Shown here piece by piece: positions 14,248 through 26,770 of a stretch of DNA of 64,000 nucleotides. A program made the translations under genes and the position numbers. Position 1 is the stretch's first letter. Every line of letters begins with the position of its first letter. Below the pieces are notes generated by a model, which saw only the letters and a list, made by a program, of their open reading frames with translations, did no database searches and had not been told where the DNA came from. This DNA is from Eledone cirrhosa. Lineage: Eukaryota. The stretch is from the NCBI GenBank assembly GCA_964016885.1, contig OZ024743.1:7192001-7256000 (forward strand), read 5' to 3'.

Positions 14248-14940
14248 ACTAAAACAAATTAGTCTGTTAGTTGGGATTTTAAAAAACCCCTCTGAATGGG
14301 AAAAAGGGTGAGTATTGACGTACATGGGACATAAACCCACAAGTAAGTGAAAGTAAGAGGTGTGTTAAAGAGATAGTTATAGTGGCAGGCTAACTGAGAG
14401 AAGGTGACTAGCAGAAGACATGTCTTTTTCCTCTCGTAAAGAGAGGAAAAATATCATGTCAACAACTCATTTCGAACATAAGTTCTGTCGAGTTTGACGA
14501 GAGAAAAAAGACACGTCTTCTGCTAGTCACCTTCTCTCAGCTAGCCTACCACTATAACTATCTCTTTCTCACTTCCTCTTACTTTCACTCACTCCCTCTC
14601 TGCTAGTCACCCTCTCTCTCCACTAGCTCACTTCCTCCCTCATCCGCCACTGCAAGCAGTCTCTTCTCTCGCTCACATGGCTACAGTGAAGACGTCTTTT
14701 TTCTCTCATCAAACTCGTCAGAACTTATGTTCGAAATGAGATGTTGACTTGATATTTTTCCACTCTTTACGTTGCGTCACCCTTTGTGTCTGTTTATATT
14801 TTTTTCTCTCTCTCCCCCATTTTTTAAATCCCAATAACTTATTTTAGTTATTGTTCGCCCTAGGCTGAGGTATCTTGTCTCTAATGCGAAGAAATACCTA
14901 TGATTCCTAACTGACGATGGATATTACTCTCTTTCGCCCG
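14248..14940. repeat. Nested fold-back repeat between (TA)n tracts, probably PLE pseudo-LTR derived
   Basis: Inverted arms 14346-14437/14497-14589 and 14435-14512/14694-14771, plus a weaker outer pair at ~14250-14286/14820-14850. Confidence 0.65.
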
Positions 14941-14954
14941 TAACTTTTATTTTC

Positions 14955-14991
<37 letters not shown>

Positions 14992-15123
14992 ATGCTTTGG
15001 GAGAGTCATGTTGCCAATAAGAAACACACGCACCAGTGGCTTTCACTTCAATTTATTATAAATTAAATTTATAAATTTCTGGTTGGTTGGTTGGTTCCAC
15101 AACCAGACGATTGTTCATATATT

Positions 15124-15166
15124 GTCAAACTTCTTTCGTCACACATTCTGTGACCTCTTCAGTGAC
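15124..15166 (-). ncRNA. Second copy of the minimal hammerhead, in the inverted arm
   Basis: Reverse complement of 16071-16113 with loop III GAAG instead of GAAC. Confidence 0.6.
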
Positions 15167-16070
15167 TGGGGATACTTTTCTTTGTTTTTGTGCCTCTCCT
15201 TTGTTCTGTCCTACGCCATCTTGTTTTTGTGTGTGTTGTGTGCTTAGTTTGCGCATGTGTTACATCCGGGTGTCTGTGTGTGTTTATATTTGTTTATTTA
15301 TTTGTTTATTTACATGTTACTGGTTGGTTGTTTGTTCTATGTGTGTTTTCATTTTGTCCTTAATTGTAAGTTGTGATGTTGCTGTTCCATTCATGTTTTC
15401 TATTTAATTTTGGTTGGAGTATATTTATGTTTATTGCCTCTGTGATTTGTCTAAACATTGCGTCTTTTCTGTGTGTAGATTCTATTTTTATTTCTATGTT
15501 CTCTAATTTACCCTTATGTTCTATTTTAGCATGTTGGTGGAGTACAGATGATTCTTTACTATCTTGAAGCTCTCTATGTACACTATATTCTTAAGAATAT
15601 AGTGTACATAGGTGAGACAGCTCGTAGTATAGGAGAACGGATAAATGAACACTGGCGAGGGCTTCAAGATAGTAAAGAATCATCTGTACTCCACCAACAT
15701 GCTAAAATAGAACATAAGGGTAAATTAGAGAACATAGAAATAAAAAAAGAATCTACACACAGAAAAGACGCAATGTTTAGACAAATCACAGAGGCAATAA
15801 ACATAAATGAACTCCAACCAAAATTAAATAGAAAACATGAATGGAACAGCAACATCACAACTTACAATTAAGGACAAAATGAAAACACACACACACATAG
15901 AACAAACAACCAACCAGTAACATGTAAATAAACAAATAAATAAACAAATATAAACACACACAGACACCCGGATGTAACACATGCGCAAACTAAGCACACA
16001 ACACACACAAAAACAAGATGGCGTAAGACAGAACAAAGGAGAGGCACAAAAATAAAGAAAAGAATCCCCA

Positions 16071-16113
16071 GTCACTGAAGAGGTCACAGAATGTGTGACG
16101 AAAGAACTTTGAC
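16071..16113 (+). ncRNA. Minimal type I hammerhead ribozyme in the PLE pseudo-LTR
   Basis: GTCA-CTGAAGA-G-GTCACA(GAATG)TGTGAC-GAAA-GAAC-TT-TGAC: both conserved boxes, 6-bp stem II, 4-bp stem I, rudimentary stem III. Confidence 0.65.
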
Positions 16114-16294
16114 AATATATGAACAATCGTCTGGTTGTGGAACCAACCAACCAACCGGAAATTTATAAATTTAATTTGTAATAAATTAAAGTGAAAGCAA
16201 CTAGTGCGTGTGTTTCTTATTGGCAACATGACCCTCCCAAAGCATAACAATATCGGTTTCAACACACCTTTTCAGATAAAGAATCTTGCTAAAC

Positions 16295-16701
<407 letters not shown>

Positions 16702-16826
16702 ATATATATATATATATAATCATCATCATCATCACCGTTTTACGTCCGTTCTTCCATGCTAGCATGGGTTAGACGGATATATATATATATATATATACAT
16801 ACATATATATGTATATATATATACAT

Positions 16827-16887
<61 letters not shown>

Positions 16888-16889
16888 TA

Positions 16890-17505
16890 CGTATGGTGGC
16901 TGCCAACTCGTTTTCGAGTATGGCCACTACTTTATATCCATGTAAGAGAACCCCTACCAATGCGCTGAACGAGTGTGACTTTTTAGTCCAGCCAGCGACT
17001 TGAAAACTCTGGTACAAACACTACACTTGTGACAATTATTGACACATAGTGCTGGGCCCATGGTACCATGTGATGACAAGTGCAGAGAGATCTCCAGATA
17101 TAAAGCAAATCCTGTGCCGTGAAGCTTTTATAGTGAGCAAAGGCACTGCACAAAGCCAGTCCCACTCTCTTAACCAAGATGATATTTACCAAAAGGAAGA
17201 ACAAGTCAACATCATTGGATACCATCAGGGTTGCAGGTGTTATATCAGAGTTTTCCTTCTCCTAGAATTCTGCCTTGACAAAGGCTAAGGGGTCATCTCT
17301 CCCGGTGATTTTGGATGGCCATTGACTCTTTAGAGCTCCTTTGCCCTTTGACAGGTTTTTTTTTTTTAGTCCTGCAGGATGTCCAAATTCACCTTCCTCA
17401 CCAAGAAACCTTGGTGGGGTTGCCAGTTTAGTCGCCAACGACCCGACCATGAGACAGGTTGTACTGGGATACATGTTACCAGTAACACCAAGTGGTGACC
17501 TGACA
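16890..17505 (-). mobile_element. Non-autonomous RTE-derived element (near-identical partial copy at 32870-33285, + strand)
   Basis: About 420 nt shared with 32870-33285 in opposite orientation. The 3' part encodes the zinc-finger remnant CSVCTRVFKSLAGLKSH seen at RTE ORF ends. Both copies abut TA/CA microsatellites. Confidence 0.6.
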
Positions 17506-17523
17506 TATATATATATATATATA

Positions 17524-18586
17524 TACAAAGTGTACTGGATGTATTTTTTATGGCACCAACACCAGAGAGTTTGTTGTGGCTGGAAGTCCTTCCTAACACC
17601 AACCACTTTATAGAGTGTGTTGAGGGTGTTTTATCACAGGACCAGCATTAAGAAGATCGTCTGTCATTGACTTGACTGAAAAGTCCTCTCTACCTTATAG
17701 AATGGGGGGGGGGGGGATAAGAAGAATGATAAGTATGATGTCACATATAAATGACAATAGGTGGGTGATAAGTATAATGCCATGGGTATATGACAGGTGT
17801 TTTGTTGGTGATGTAGGGAAGAGATAAGAAAATATGTCAGGTTGTCTGACAAGTGTGGTAGGGATGATCCTCAATAAAGTGATAATGAAAATAGTTACTA
17901 AGGAGTGATGAGGGAGAGAGGTACTTTATTTTATCGACCCCGTAAGGATGAAAGGCAAATATATATATATATATGTATGTATGTATAGGGCGGTGGATTG
18001 GCAGTATCAGTAGAGGGTCGGACGGCATTCTCTGACGCATAGAGTTACGACCCTTGCCATTCTGAGTTCAAATCCTGCCGAGGTTAACTTTGCCTTTCAT
18101 CCTTACGGGGTCGATAAAATAAAGTACCAGTGATAATTGCTAGCCTTGTGCCATAAGTAGAAACAATTATATATATATATAGTCATACCTCTCTCCCTCA
18201 TCACTCCTTAGTAACTATTTTCATTATCACTTTATTGAGGATCATCCCTACCACACTTGTCAGACAACCTGACATATTTTCTTATCTCTTCCCTACATCA
18301 CCAACAAAACACCTGTCATATACCCATGGCATTATACTTATCACCCACCTATTGTCATTTATATGTGACATCATACTTATCATTCTTCTTACCCCCCCCC
18401 CCCCCTATCCTATAAGGTTGAGAGGACTTTTCAGTCAAGTCAATGACAGACGATCTTCTTAATGCTGGTCCTGTGATAAAACACCCTCAACACACTCTAT
18501 AAAGTGGTTGGTGTTGGGAAGGACTTCCAGCCACAACAAACTCTCTGGTGTTGGTGCCATGAAAAATGCATCCAGTACACTTTGTA
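17524..18586. repeat. 400-bp inverted duplication with a ~260-bp SINE-containing spacer
   Basis: 17524-17923 is the reverse complement of 18186-18586 with only a few mismatches. An inner inverted pair lies at 17920-17959/18089-18128. Confidence 0.92.
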
Positions 18587-18899
18587 ATGTAGCTGGTGAC
18601 AAGAAGTTCATGCAGCCGTAAAAATCTTGCTAAACAAAGAGTTAAAAGGACTCTCCAGTTATGTCAAATACATGTCAACCTTCCTTATGTTACCACAATA
18701 AAATGTACCCAGTGCTCTCTGCAGAGAGTGGGAACTTTTCCTATAAAGTTTGTATTTTTTATCCTTTTTATCCTAGAAAGTTCACAATGGTCAGGTTAGT
18801 GTTTATAATGATTTTTAAGCCAAAAGATCTAAAGGTTTGTATAATGTATTCCTTAATTTTGTTTTATGTGTCCTTTGAAATAGGCCCCTTGTGTCTCAA

Positions 18900-19520
18900 C
18901 ACATTTAGCTGAGTGATATTTCTGCTGTTTAAAGCATATCTGGATCCATGCCTAGAGACCAGGGAGTCTGGTGAATGAGCAAAATGCTTTTCTTTGCCAA
19001 GAAACCGAATGAGCAAGAGCATTGTCATGATGCAGTTGCCAGTTTTGCAAGACTCACAGTTCCAGTTTCTTGAACTGCATCATGAAGATGTCTAAGGAGT
19101 TCCTATTAGTACTTCTTTGCAACTGTTGCCCTTCTGGTACATATTCAGTATATACAAGACCTTGGTAGTCAGAGAAAACAGTTAGCGTCACCTGGATTTT
19201 CCTTTGCACTTGACATGCTTTTTTAGGCCTTGGTGACATTGGAAGTTTCCACAGTGATGACTGAACCTTGGATTCTGAGTCCTATCCCACATCTCATCTC
19301 CAGTAATCGTAGTGTTCAGGAACTCAGGATCCTTGTTGATAGTATCAGGTGAAGTGAAAATGCATGGAGTGAGTAATATAAAACCTCATACGCTGACTGT
19401 CTGACAATGACTGACACATTCAGTGAGCTTGCCAAAAACAATGCATGCACATGAATGTATGTAGCTCCATTCTGCACACGTTAGTTTCTCTTACATGATT
19501 ATTTCCCACAGGAAGTAATG
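18900..19520 (-). mobile_element. Degenerate mariner transposase fragment
   Basis: SPRPKKACQVQRKIQVTLTVFSDYQGLVYTEYVPEGQ resembles mariner SPRPKKARQVRS.VKVMLTVFFD..G.V..E..P.GQ; frameshifted. Confidence 0.8.
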
Positions 19521-21152
19521 ATATAAGGGAGACCTCATATATTGGAAAACTGTCAGAGATTCACTCTATCATTACTCAGAGTTTTACACATGCTCACAAG
19601 ATATAGGCATGTGATACTTAAGACAATACTGTGAAAGATGCCATATAGTGTTGTGACCATTGAACACTTGTTAGATTAGTCTCCATCGGTTAATACTAGT
19701 AATTGTTTCTACTTTTGGCACAAGGCCAGCAATTATCCCAGTGTATTACTGGTACTTTATTTTATCGACTGCGTAAGGATGAAAGGCAAAGTTAACTTCG
19801 GCGGGATTTGAACTCAGACCATAAAGGGCCGTAACTCTTTGCTGCAAAGCATGGCGTCCGACCCTTTACCCTGTCAATCCAATGTGACCAGATTTGTTGC
19901 AGATTTCCAGATATACTGTTGTTGTGTAGGGGGAGTCAACTCTATCCAACTCTATCACCACCAAGGGCAATTACTCTATAAAGCTGGCTAACTATTTTTA
20001 TAGATTATGATATTTAGATGATTGGACATTTTTTAATAAGAACCTTTTCTGTTTGTGGCAATTGTAGAATAATTCTAATCCCCGATTAAGGGATGTCCCA
20101 TGTTGCTTCAGAATCTCAAATTTCTCATTTAGACACATCCTCTAGTTCCATGAACTGTTAAAATATTTGGTTGACTTCCTGACAATGTACATATTATTGG
20201 AGGATATGCCGATCCCTGAGATTCCTGACAAATTGTAATAGAGATGTAAAAGTTTTCCTGTTCCCTAATATGAAAGAGAGGAGATGAAAGTGTTTACATT
20301 TAGATATTAAAATTACTTTGAATACCCTCTGGGAGTGTGATAGTTGTTTAGTATACAACTCCTTAAAAAAGTAGGATACTCCAAACAGACAGACATATGG
20401 GTTTTAATGGTTACATGTTTGCTGATGAGGTGGTGGCAATATGGGGTTGTATTTAAGATTGTAATCATTGATCTGGAAAGTTATGTTGTCCATAACAGAA
20501 TAACTGATTCCTATGTAATGGTGTGTGAGTTAAAGAGCTTAGGTATTTGTGCAGATAGGAAATAATGTCTTATTAGTACTTGGAAATGCCTGGTTATCTT
20601 TGATTACGTTAAGATTCTACTCTGCTGTGTAGTAGTGGGTTTTAATCGTATAAACTAGTTTCTCACTGAAGCCTCCCCTATATAGTGCACCATAATACTA
20701 GGATCATAATGAATGCAACAAATTAACTGTTATTACCTGAGAATTACCACTTGATCAAAAAGGAAGATAGCAATTTTATTTCATGTTTCCATGTGCTATG
20801 ATGGAGCTGAAGTGGCAGATCTAGTTGGATTGTTTGACACTCTTCAAAAATGCACCACTTAAGACTGTAGAGATGATTGCTTAGCAATCTCATGCAACAT
20901 GAATAGTCACACCACAGAGATATTTAGAAAGAAGCTAATAGGAATATTTAATGAGGTTGGCTTAAACTATTAATGCTTAATGATAACCAACGTCTTCAAC
21001 ATAACATTACACTTAATGACATGAAACATGTATTATATTGAAATAATCTTTTATATATATATATAATGAAGGAGGTGTGGTAAGGAACCAGATGGACCAT
21101 AACGCACCAGAGTACTCAATACTTAGGGTAGTAGAGTGGGTTAAACATTTTC

Positions 21153-21183
<31 letters not shown>

Positions 21184-21186
<3 letters not shown>

Positions 21187-21282
21187 ATATATAAGAACAA
21201 AAGATGGTTAAAAGAGTTCCATGTATTTTATTATGCGCATTACATGGAACTCTTTTAACCATCTTTTGTTCTTATATATTAT
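21184..21282. repeat. Perfect hairpin (42-bp arms, 15-nt loop) next to (TA)n
   Basis: 21184-21225 is the reverse complement of 21241-21282. Confidence 0.9.
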
Positions 21283-21517
21283 GTATACTCCAGTCCTACA
21301 AACTGTAGAGTGCTTATTATCCGATATCTGCACTGCTTTATTGTACTACAATAAAACTCACTCACCTCCTACATATATTATATATATATATATATATATA
21401 TCGGCCTGCCCACCCAGTGGGATGGTGTCATCGTATGGCTAAAACAGCACGTGCTGTGACCAGCGGCGCCCGACAGACTGGTCGGTCAAGGGGGTTAAGG
21501 TGATATATATATATCAT

Positions 21518-21858
21518 GGAGGCACATGGCTTAGTGGTTAGAGCATTGGCCTTGCAATCGATAGGTTGTGAGTTCAATTCTCAGACCGGGTGATGTGTTG
21601 TTTCCTTGAGCAAGACACTTTATTTCACATTGCTCCAGTTTACTCAGCTGTAGAAATGAGATGATAGGGACTGGGGTCCATATCATTCCACTGCAAAGTG
21701 GTCGTGGAGATGCCACGACAAAAAAGCACCCAGCATCACTGTAAATGAGGTTGGTATTAGGAAGGGCATCCAGCTGTAGAAATCAAGCCAGAATCAGTTC
21801 CTGTCCCACCCTTGCAAGCAGGGAAAAAGTGGACGTAAAATGAAATGATGATGATGAT
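21518..21858 (+). mobile_element. Young tRNA-derived SINE with RTE-type 3' tail (copies also at ~11105-11448 -, 32018-32420 +, 43719-44056 +)
   Basis: A box TGGCTTAGTGG and B box GAGTTCAATTC, core TCCTTGAGCAAGACACTTTATTTCAC, tail CCCACCCTTGCAAGCAGGGAAAAG.GGACGTAAAATGA(TGA)n. Four near-identical copies. Confidence 0.9.
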
Positions 21859-21879
21859 ATCATAGTAATGAGAGAAAGA

Positions 21880-22835
21880 CACATAATAAACTATGTCAGA
21901 TAATAGGGGATAAAATACCACCCTGGGAGCAGGTATTGAATTGACAGTTATAGGATCAAAGAAGCAATCAAGGTGAGGAAGAATGGTAAAACCATGGGAT
22001 CAGCATAGATAGTTGCTGAGATGCTTGAAAGCATCAGAAGTAGGAACTGAACTAGTAACCTGCATAGTCAATCAAGTAATGCAGGACAGAGTTACATCCA
22101 ATAACTGGTGCAGCAGAACAATCATAAATTGCTACAAGGGTAAAGGCGATGCTCTAGAAAGGAGCAACTATAGAGGAATAAAACTAATGGATCAAGTTAT
22201 GAAAGTGACAGAAAGAGTTCTAGCACAGCTAATTTAGGAAAAAGTGAAGTGGTGCTAATTTAGGAAAAGGTCAAGAGGTGCAGTTCGCTTTTGTGCCTGG
22301 GAAAAGTCCTACAGATGCCAAGAATAAGCCACTATATTTAGCTTTTGTTGATCTAGAAAAGGCTTTTGACAGAGTACCTCATTCTGTTATCTGGTGGTCC
22401 TTAAGTAAATTAGGTGTAGAAGAATGGATTGTGAGAGCAGTACAACCCATGTACAGAGGAGCTGTCAGAAAAGTGAGAGTAGGAACTGGGTTTAGTGAGG
22501 AATTCAAGGTGCAGGTAGGAGTTAATCAGGGTTTAATTCTCAGCCCACTGCTGTTCATTATAGTTCTCTAGATTATAAGAAACAGAGGAGTTTAAGACTG
22601 GCTGTTCCTGAGAACTTCTCTATGCGAATGATCTGGTCTTTATAGCTGAATCCATAAATGAACTAAAGAAAAAGTTCAAAGGGCTGACAGTAAACTGAGC
22701 CAAAACTAACATGCTAGTAAGTAGGAAATAAAATAGGACCCTGACTCCTTCAGAGAAGTGGCTCTGCTTAATATGTAGACAAGGAATAGGCATAAACTCT
22801 ATACATGTACACAATATAAATCTTCCGTACACAAG
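21880..22835 (+). mobile_element. Degenerate RTE LINE RT fragment (same family as 48445-50940)
   Basis: YKGKGDALERSNYRGIKL, MQFAFVPGKS, AFVDLEKAFDRVP, GVNQGLILSPLLFIIVL; contains stops and frameshifts. Confidence 0.88.
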
Positions 22836-23450
22836 AGATGTAAGGAGTGCTCTAACAGCCACAGCACCTGCTAAGCTGAAACTTCCCTGGAGAGACAAAA
22901 GCACCACTCTCAGATGCAAAATAAAACTCCTGCAAGCGTTGGTCCTATCCATCTTTCTATAATTCAGATTACTTTATTGTAAAACAAATGGCGGTGGCAT
23001 GGGTCGATGAAATAAAGTACTAGTTATGTTCTGAAATCGATATAATAGACTATCCCCCCCCTCCCCCACATACACACCAAAATTGCTGGCCTTGTGCCTA
23101 AATTAGAAACTATTATATAATGTGGAATAGGTAATATGACAGTAGTAGTACTTGTATATACTTGATTAGATACACATTTTAAGTCAAACAATTAAAATAT
23201 AAATCAAAAGTAACATTAATGATTTCTTTCTATGTAGCAAGATGATTCCTTCTATATTAATATATATATATATATATATTTGTTAAGTATTGTATATATT
23301 ATTCGTGTCTGTTTTCATTCTGTAAGAATTATAAATAATTTGTAATGTTATTTATATAAGTGTGAATAAAGTATATATATATTTCAGTTTTAATGAAATA
23401 TAACAATAATTCCAAGTTGAAATTTACAGAGTAAGCGGAAATTAAGTGAA

Positions 23451-23627
23451 ACCGGAAGTCCCAAAAGAATGCTAGGAAATTTGTCTTATTTAGATATTTT
23501 ATTGTTTGTTTTTGTTTCACGTATACTTTTCACTTTCACCGATTTATACTCATTTAGACTGACTGACTGTTGGTGAGCGTAGCTCTAATTTACTGATACT
23601 TAAATATTTAAAAGTTTACTTTGGAAG
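23451..23627 (+). promoter_or_regulatory. Candidate promoter and non-coding first exon of the downstream multi-pass membrane protein gene
   Basis: ETS/GABP-type ACCGGAAGT at 23451, locally more CpG than the flanks, strong donor AAG|gtaagt at 23627/23628. Inferred, with no transcript evidence. Confidence 0.4.
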
Positions 23628-25306
23628 GTAAGTTGACTATGATTGTATGATTTATTATTTTTATGTAAAGTTAATGTCAAACAGCTTTCTGTACATTACA
23701 CTTACAGTTTATGCAATCAACATCTCTCTCTATATATAAAGAACGATTACTTACCGAACGGCTCAGGGGTGTTTTTCTGTAAATTTACCATATATGTAAG
23801 TGCATATATGCATGTGCTTGATTACACGAATACGAGAAACACAACTCAATACACGAGTAGAGTGATATATACTTTATTTTAGCTGTGAAGCTACATTGAT
23901 TCAAGGGCCTTGATGCTTTGATGAGTGCACTTAAGCACGAAACATCAAACCTTTGAGTTTCTGATGTAGCTTCACGGCTGCAATATAGAGGTACACACAC
24001 AGACACGCATGCACAACACACATATATAACAGATGTTTCACTTTAGGTATATAAAAATAACGAACAATCCAATAATAATATGAAATGTGCAAGCTCATTT
24101 TTATTCACTTTCATTTTATTACCTGCCATTTAATATACCTAAAACGAAATACTCCGTGTAATTATACCGCTTATATGTTACGTAACATAAAGTTTGATTT
24201 TCGCTTTGGCTCTCTGTTCCACATAAGTCAGAATACATTGACAGAGCGAAGTAACGTATTTGTTAACTTTCTAATAGTAATTTGAAATCCAGATGTTTAG
24301 GTTACGAAACAAAAGACTTTTTAAAATAATTACTTGACGGTCCTGGTAACATAGACCAATAGATCTCGAATTCAGTTAATGTGTTTGGCATGCTAGTCGT
24401 CGATATAACCCGAGCTGGTACATGCACGGAGTGCTAGAAAGTTACAAAACCGTTCTAAATTTTATAAATGTAGATTTCATTGAAGGAATATATCTTTCAT
24501 TGTATCATCCTTTGTAGTGCTACCGAAGCATTTGTAATGTTATTTATGTATATATTTAAAACATATTTATGTTATTCTACTGTAAATTTATTTATATGCT
24601 CTGTTTATATTTTCATTCTGAAGGAATTGCAAACGATTTGTAATGTTGTTTGTGCAACTATGAAGTATTAATTGTATTATAGGTGTTTATATTTTCATTC
24701 TGTAAGAATTATAAACAGCAATAAACGAAATTTAAATAAGATAGATGAGAGTCTTCTAAAATGGTTTAATTCGTGCCAATGTTTGGTTCTCTTGTCTTTG
24801 TGTGTATATATGTGTATAAGTATAATAATATATACAAAGCAATTGACTTAGAAACATTGGCAAATTTTGAAATGTGTACGTCCCAACGCAAATGACTATA
24901 ATAATAATAATAATTGTTTCTACTTTTGGCACAAGGCCAGCAAATACCCAGTGTATTACTGGTACTTTATTTTATCGACCCCGTAAGGATGAAAGGCAAA
25001 GTTAACCTCGGCGGGATTTGAACTCAGAATGGCATATAATAATAATAATAGTAGTCGATCATTATAAATAATAGTTGAGGAAATCGGTTAAAATACCCCT
25101 GGAGTCGAAAAAAAAAATGGATACGGACTCCTTTATCCTTTTCCGTCTCCAAGAAAATTTTTTCCGATTTTCTCAACTATTATTTATAGTGGTCGACTAT
25201 TATTATAGTCATTTGCGATGGATCGCATACATTTCAAATTTTCCCATTGTTTCTAAGTTAATCGCTTTGTATATATTATACTTATACATATATATATATT
25301 ATACTT

Positions 25307-25366
<60 letters not shown>

Positions 25367-26189
25367 TACATATACGTGTGTTGTGTGTTTAAAGTTGGTG
25401 ACAGTTACGTGACACAAACAGAACTTGTGTGCGTGTTAAGCGTAAATACAGACTCTCAAATACACACACACACACTTGTGTGTTTATCATCTACAAACAT
25501 TGCTTTATTGCTTTTGAAGAAGAAACCGAATATTTTATATTTTCCCGGTAAACAAACGAATTGTGTAATAGTATCAAATAGAATTTAATACAATTTATGA
25601 TATGTTTATTTATTTGAGCATAACGCGATTCCAAAGAAATACAATTCAGGAAAATTATGTAGTTTTGTGGATGCTTATGTGCAAAAATATAAACGAATTT
25701 GACTATCAAGTATTTATATGGAAAATCTGTTTCGTACCCTAAAGCCCGTGATTACTCATTAGAGACAGTTATTATTTTTGTCCCTTTACGATCTGAGTTC
25801 AAATCCGGTCGAGGTTAACTTTGCCTTTCATCCTTACAGGGTCAATAAAATAAAGTACCAGTAATGTACTGGTAATTGCTGGCCTTGTGCCAAAAGTAGA
25901 AACAATTATTTTTGTTTTCATCATACAAGATCATTGTATTAGTGAAGTGAATGCAATCGTTTAGAATAGAGTCGGAAATGGCTGACAGGTTATGGTTTTA
26001 GTTTTTATATGTACGTATATGGAGAAATAGATTTCGCCGCAGTTATTTTGTATTTTTATAAATTATTCTTTTCTTTAATCAATGTTTATCTATGAGCAGA
26101 AAGAAAAAAAACAATTTCGCAAACAAATCATTCGGAATTTGGCGAAGAATCAGGTATCTTTCAGTTTATTGTAGGACCATTTTTAACTG

Positions 26190-26770
26190 TATGCTGACGA
26201 CCTGGTTCTTACTCCCAATCTGTGGAAGTGCTGGAGAAGAAATTCTGCTTTTGGAAACAGAACTTAAAATCAAAAGAGCTTCGAGTAAACTTAGGAAAAA
26301 CTAAAGTTTTAGTAAATAGGAAAACAGTCAGATCCCTGATCCCACCAGGGAAGTGGCCTTGCTTGATATGTATAAAAGGAGTATGTAGATGCTCTACGCA
26401 ATGTACACAATGTAAATAAATGGATACACAGACTAACAGAAAATGTAAACGTTGTAGCAGATGCACAGGGGTAGTTGGTAGTATGGAGGATCAGTGAAAT
26501 AAACATCTTCCAATCCCAGAAAAGATTCTAAGAAGTGGTTGATAGCTTCTGTTATCTAGGAATTGGAAGACATTGCTCTGGGAGCATAGCTAGCTAGAAT
26601 AAGAACAGGATGAAAAAGATTCAGAGAGTTACTGCTGGCATGTGATGTTGCATGGGCAGTGAATGAATGAAGAGGATATGTGAAGTCTGGAGAGAAATGA
26701 AATGAGCATGCTCCAATGTATGTGCAATGCTGAACAACAAAGCATGGCTGAGCTGAGGGAAAAGCTGGGT
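26190..26770 (+). mobile_element. Degenerate RTE LINE fragment
   Basis: LYADDLVL at ~26188, followed by LRVNLGKTKVL..GKWPCLICIKGV. Confidence 0.8.

Noticed and set aside
15087-15567. Cys-rich hydrophobic ORFs duplicated at 15664-16150 on the opposite strand
   Set aside because: Antisense readings of the PLE palindrome arms.
20000-20700. Possible LINE endonuclease remnant on the - strand
   Set aside because: Too degenerate to support by eye.
21518-21590. tRNA-like A/B boxes here and at many other sites
   Set aside because: They are SINE heads continuing into core and tail; no complete cloverleaf or terminator.
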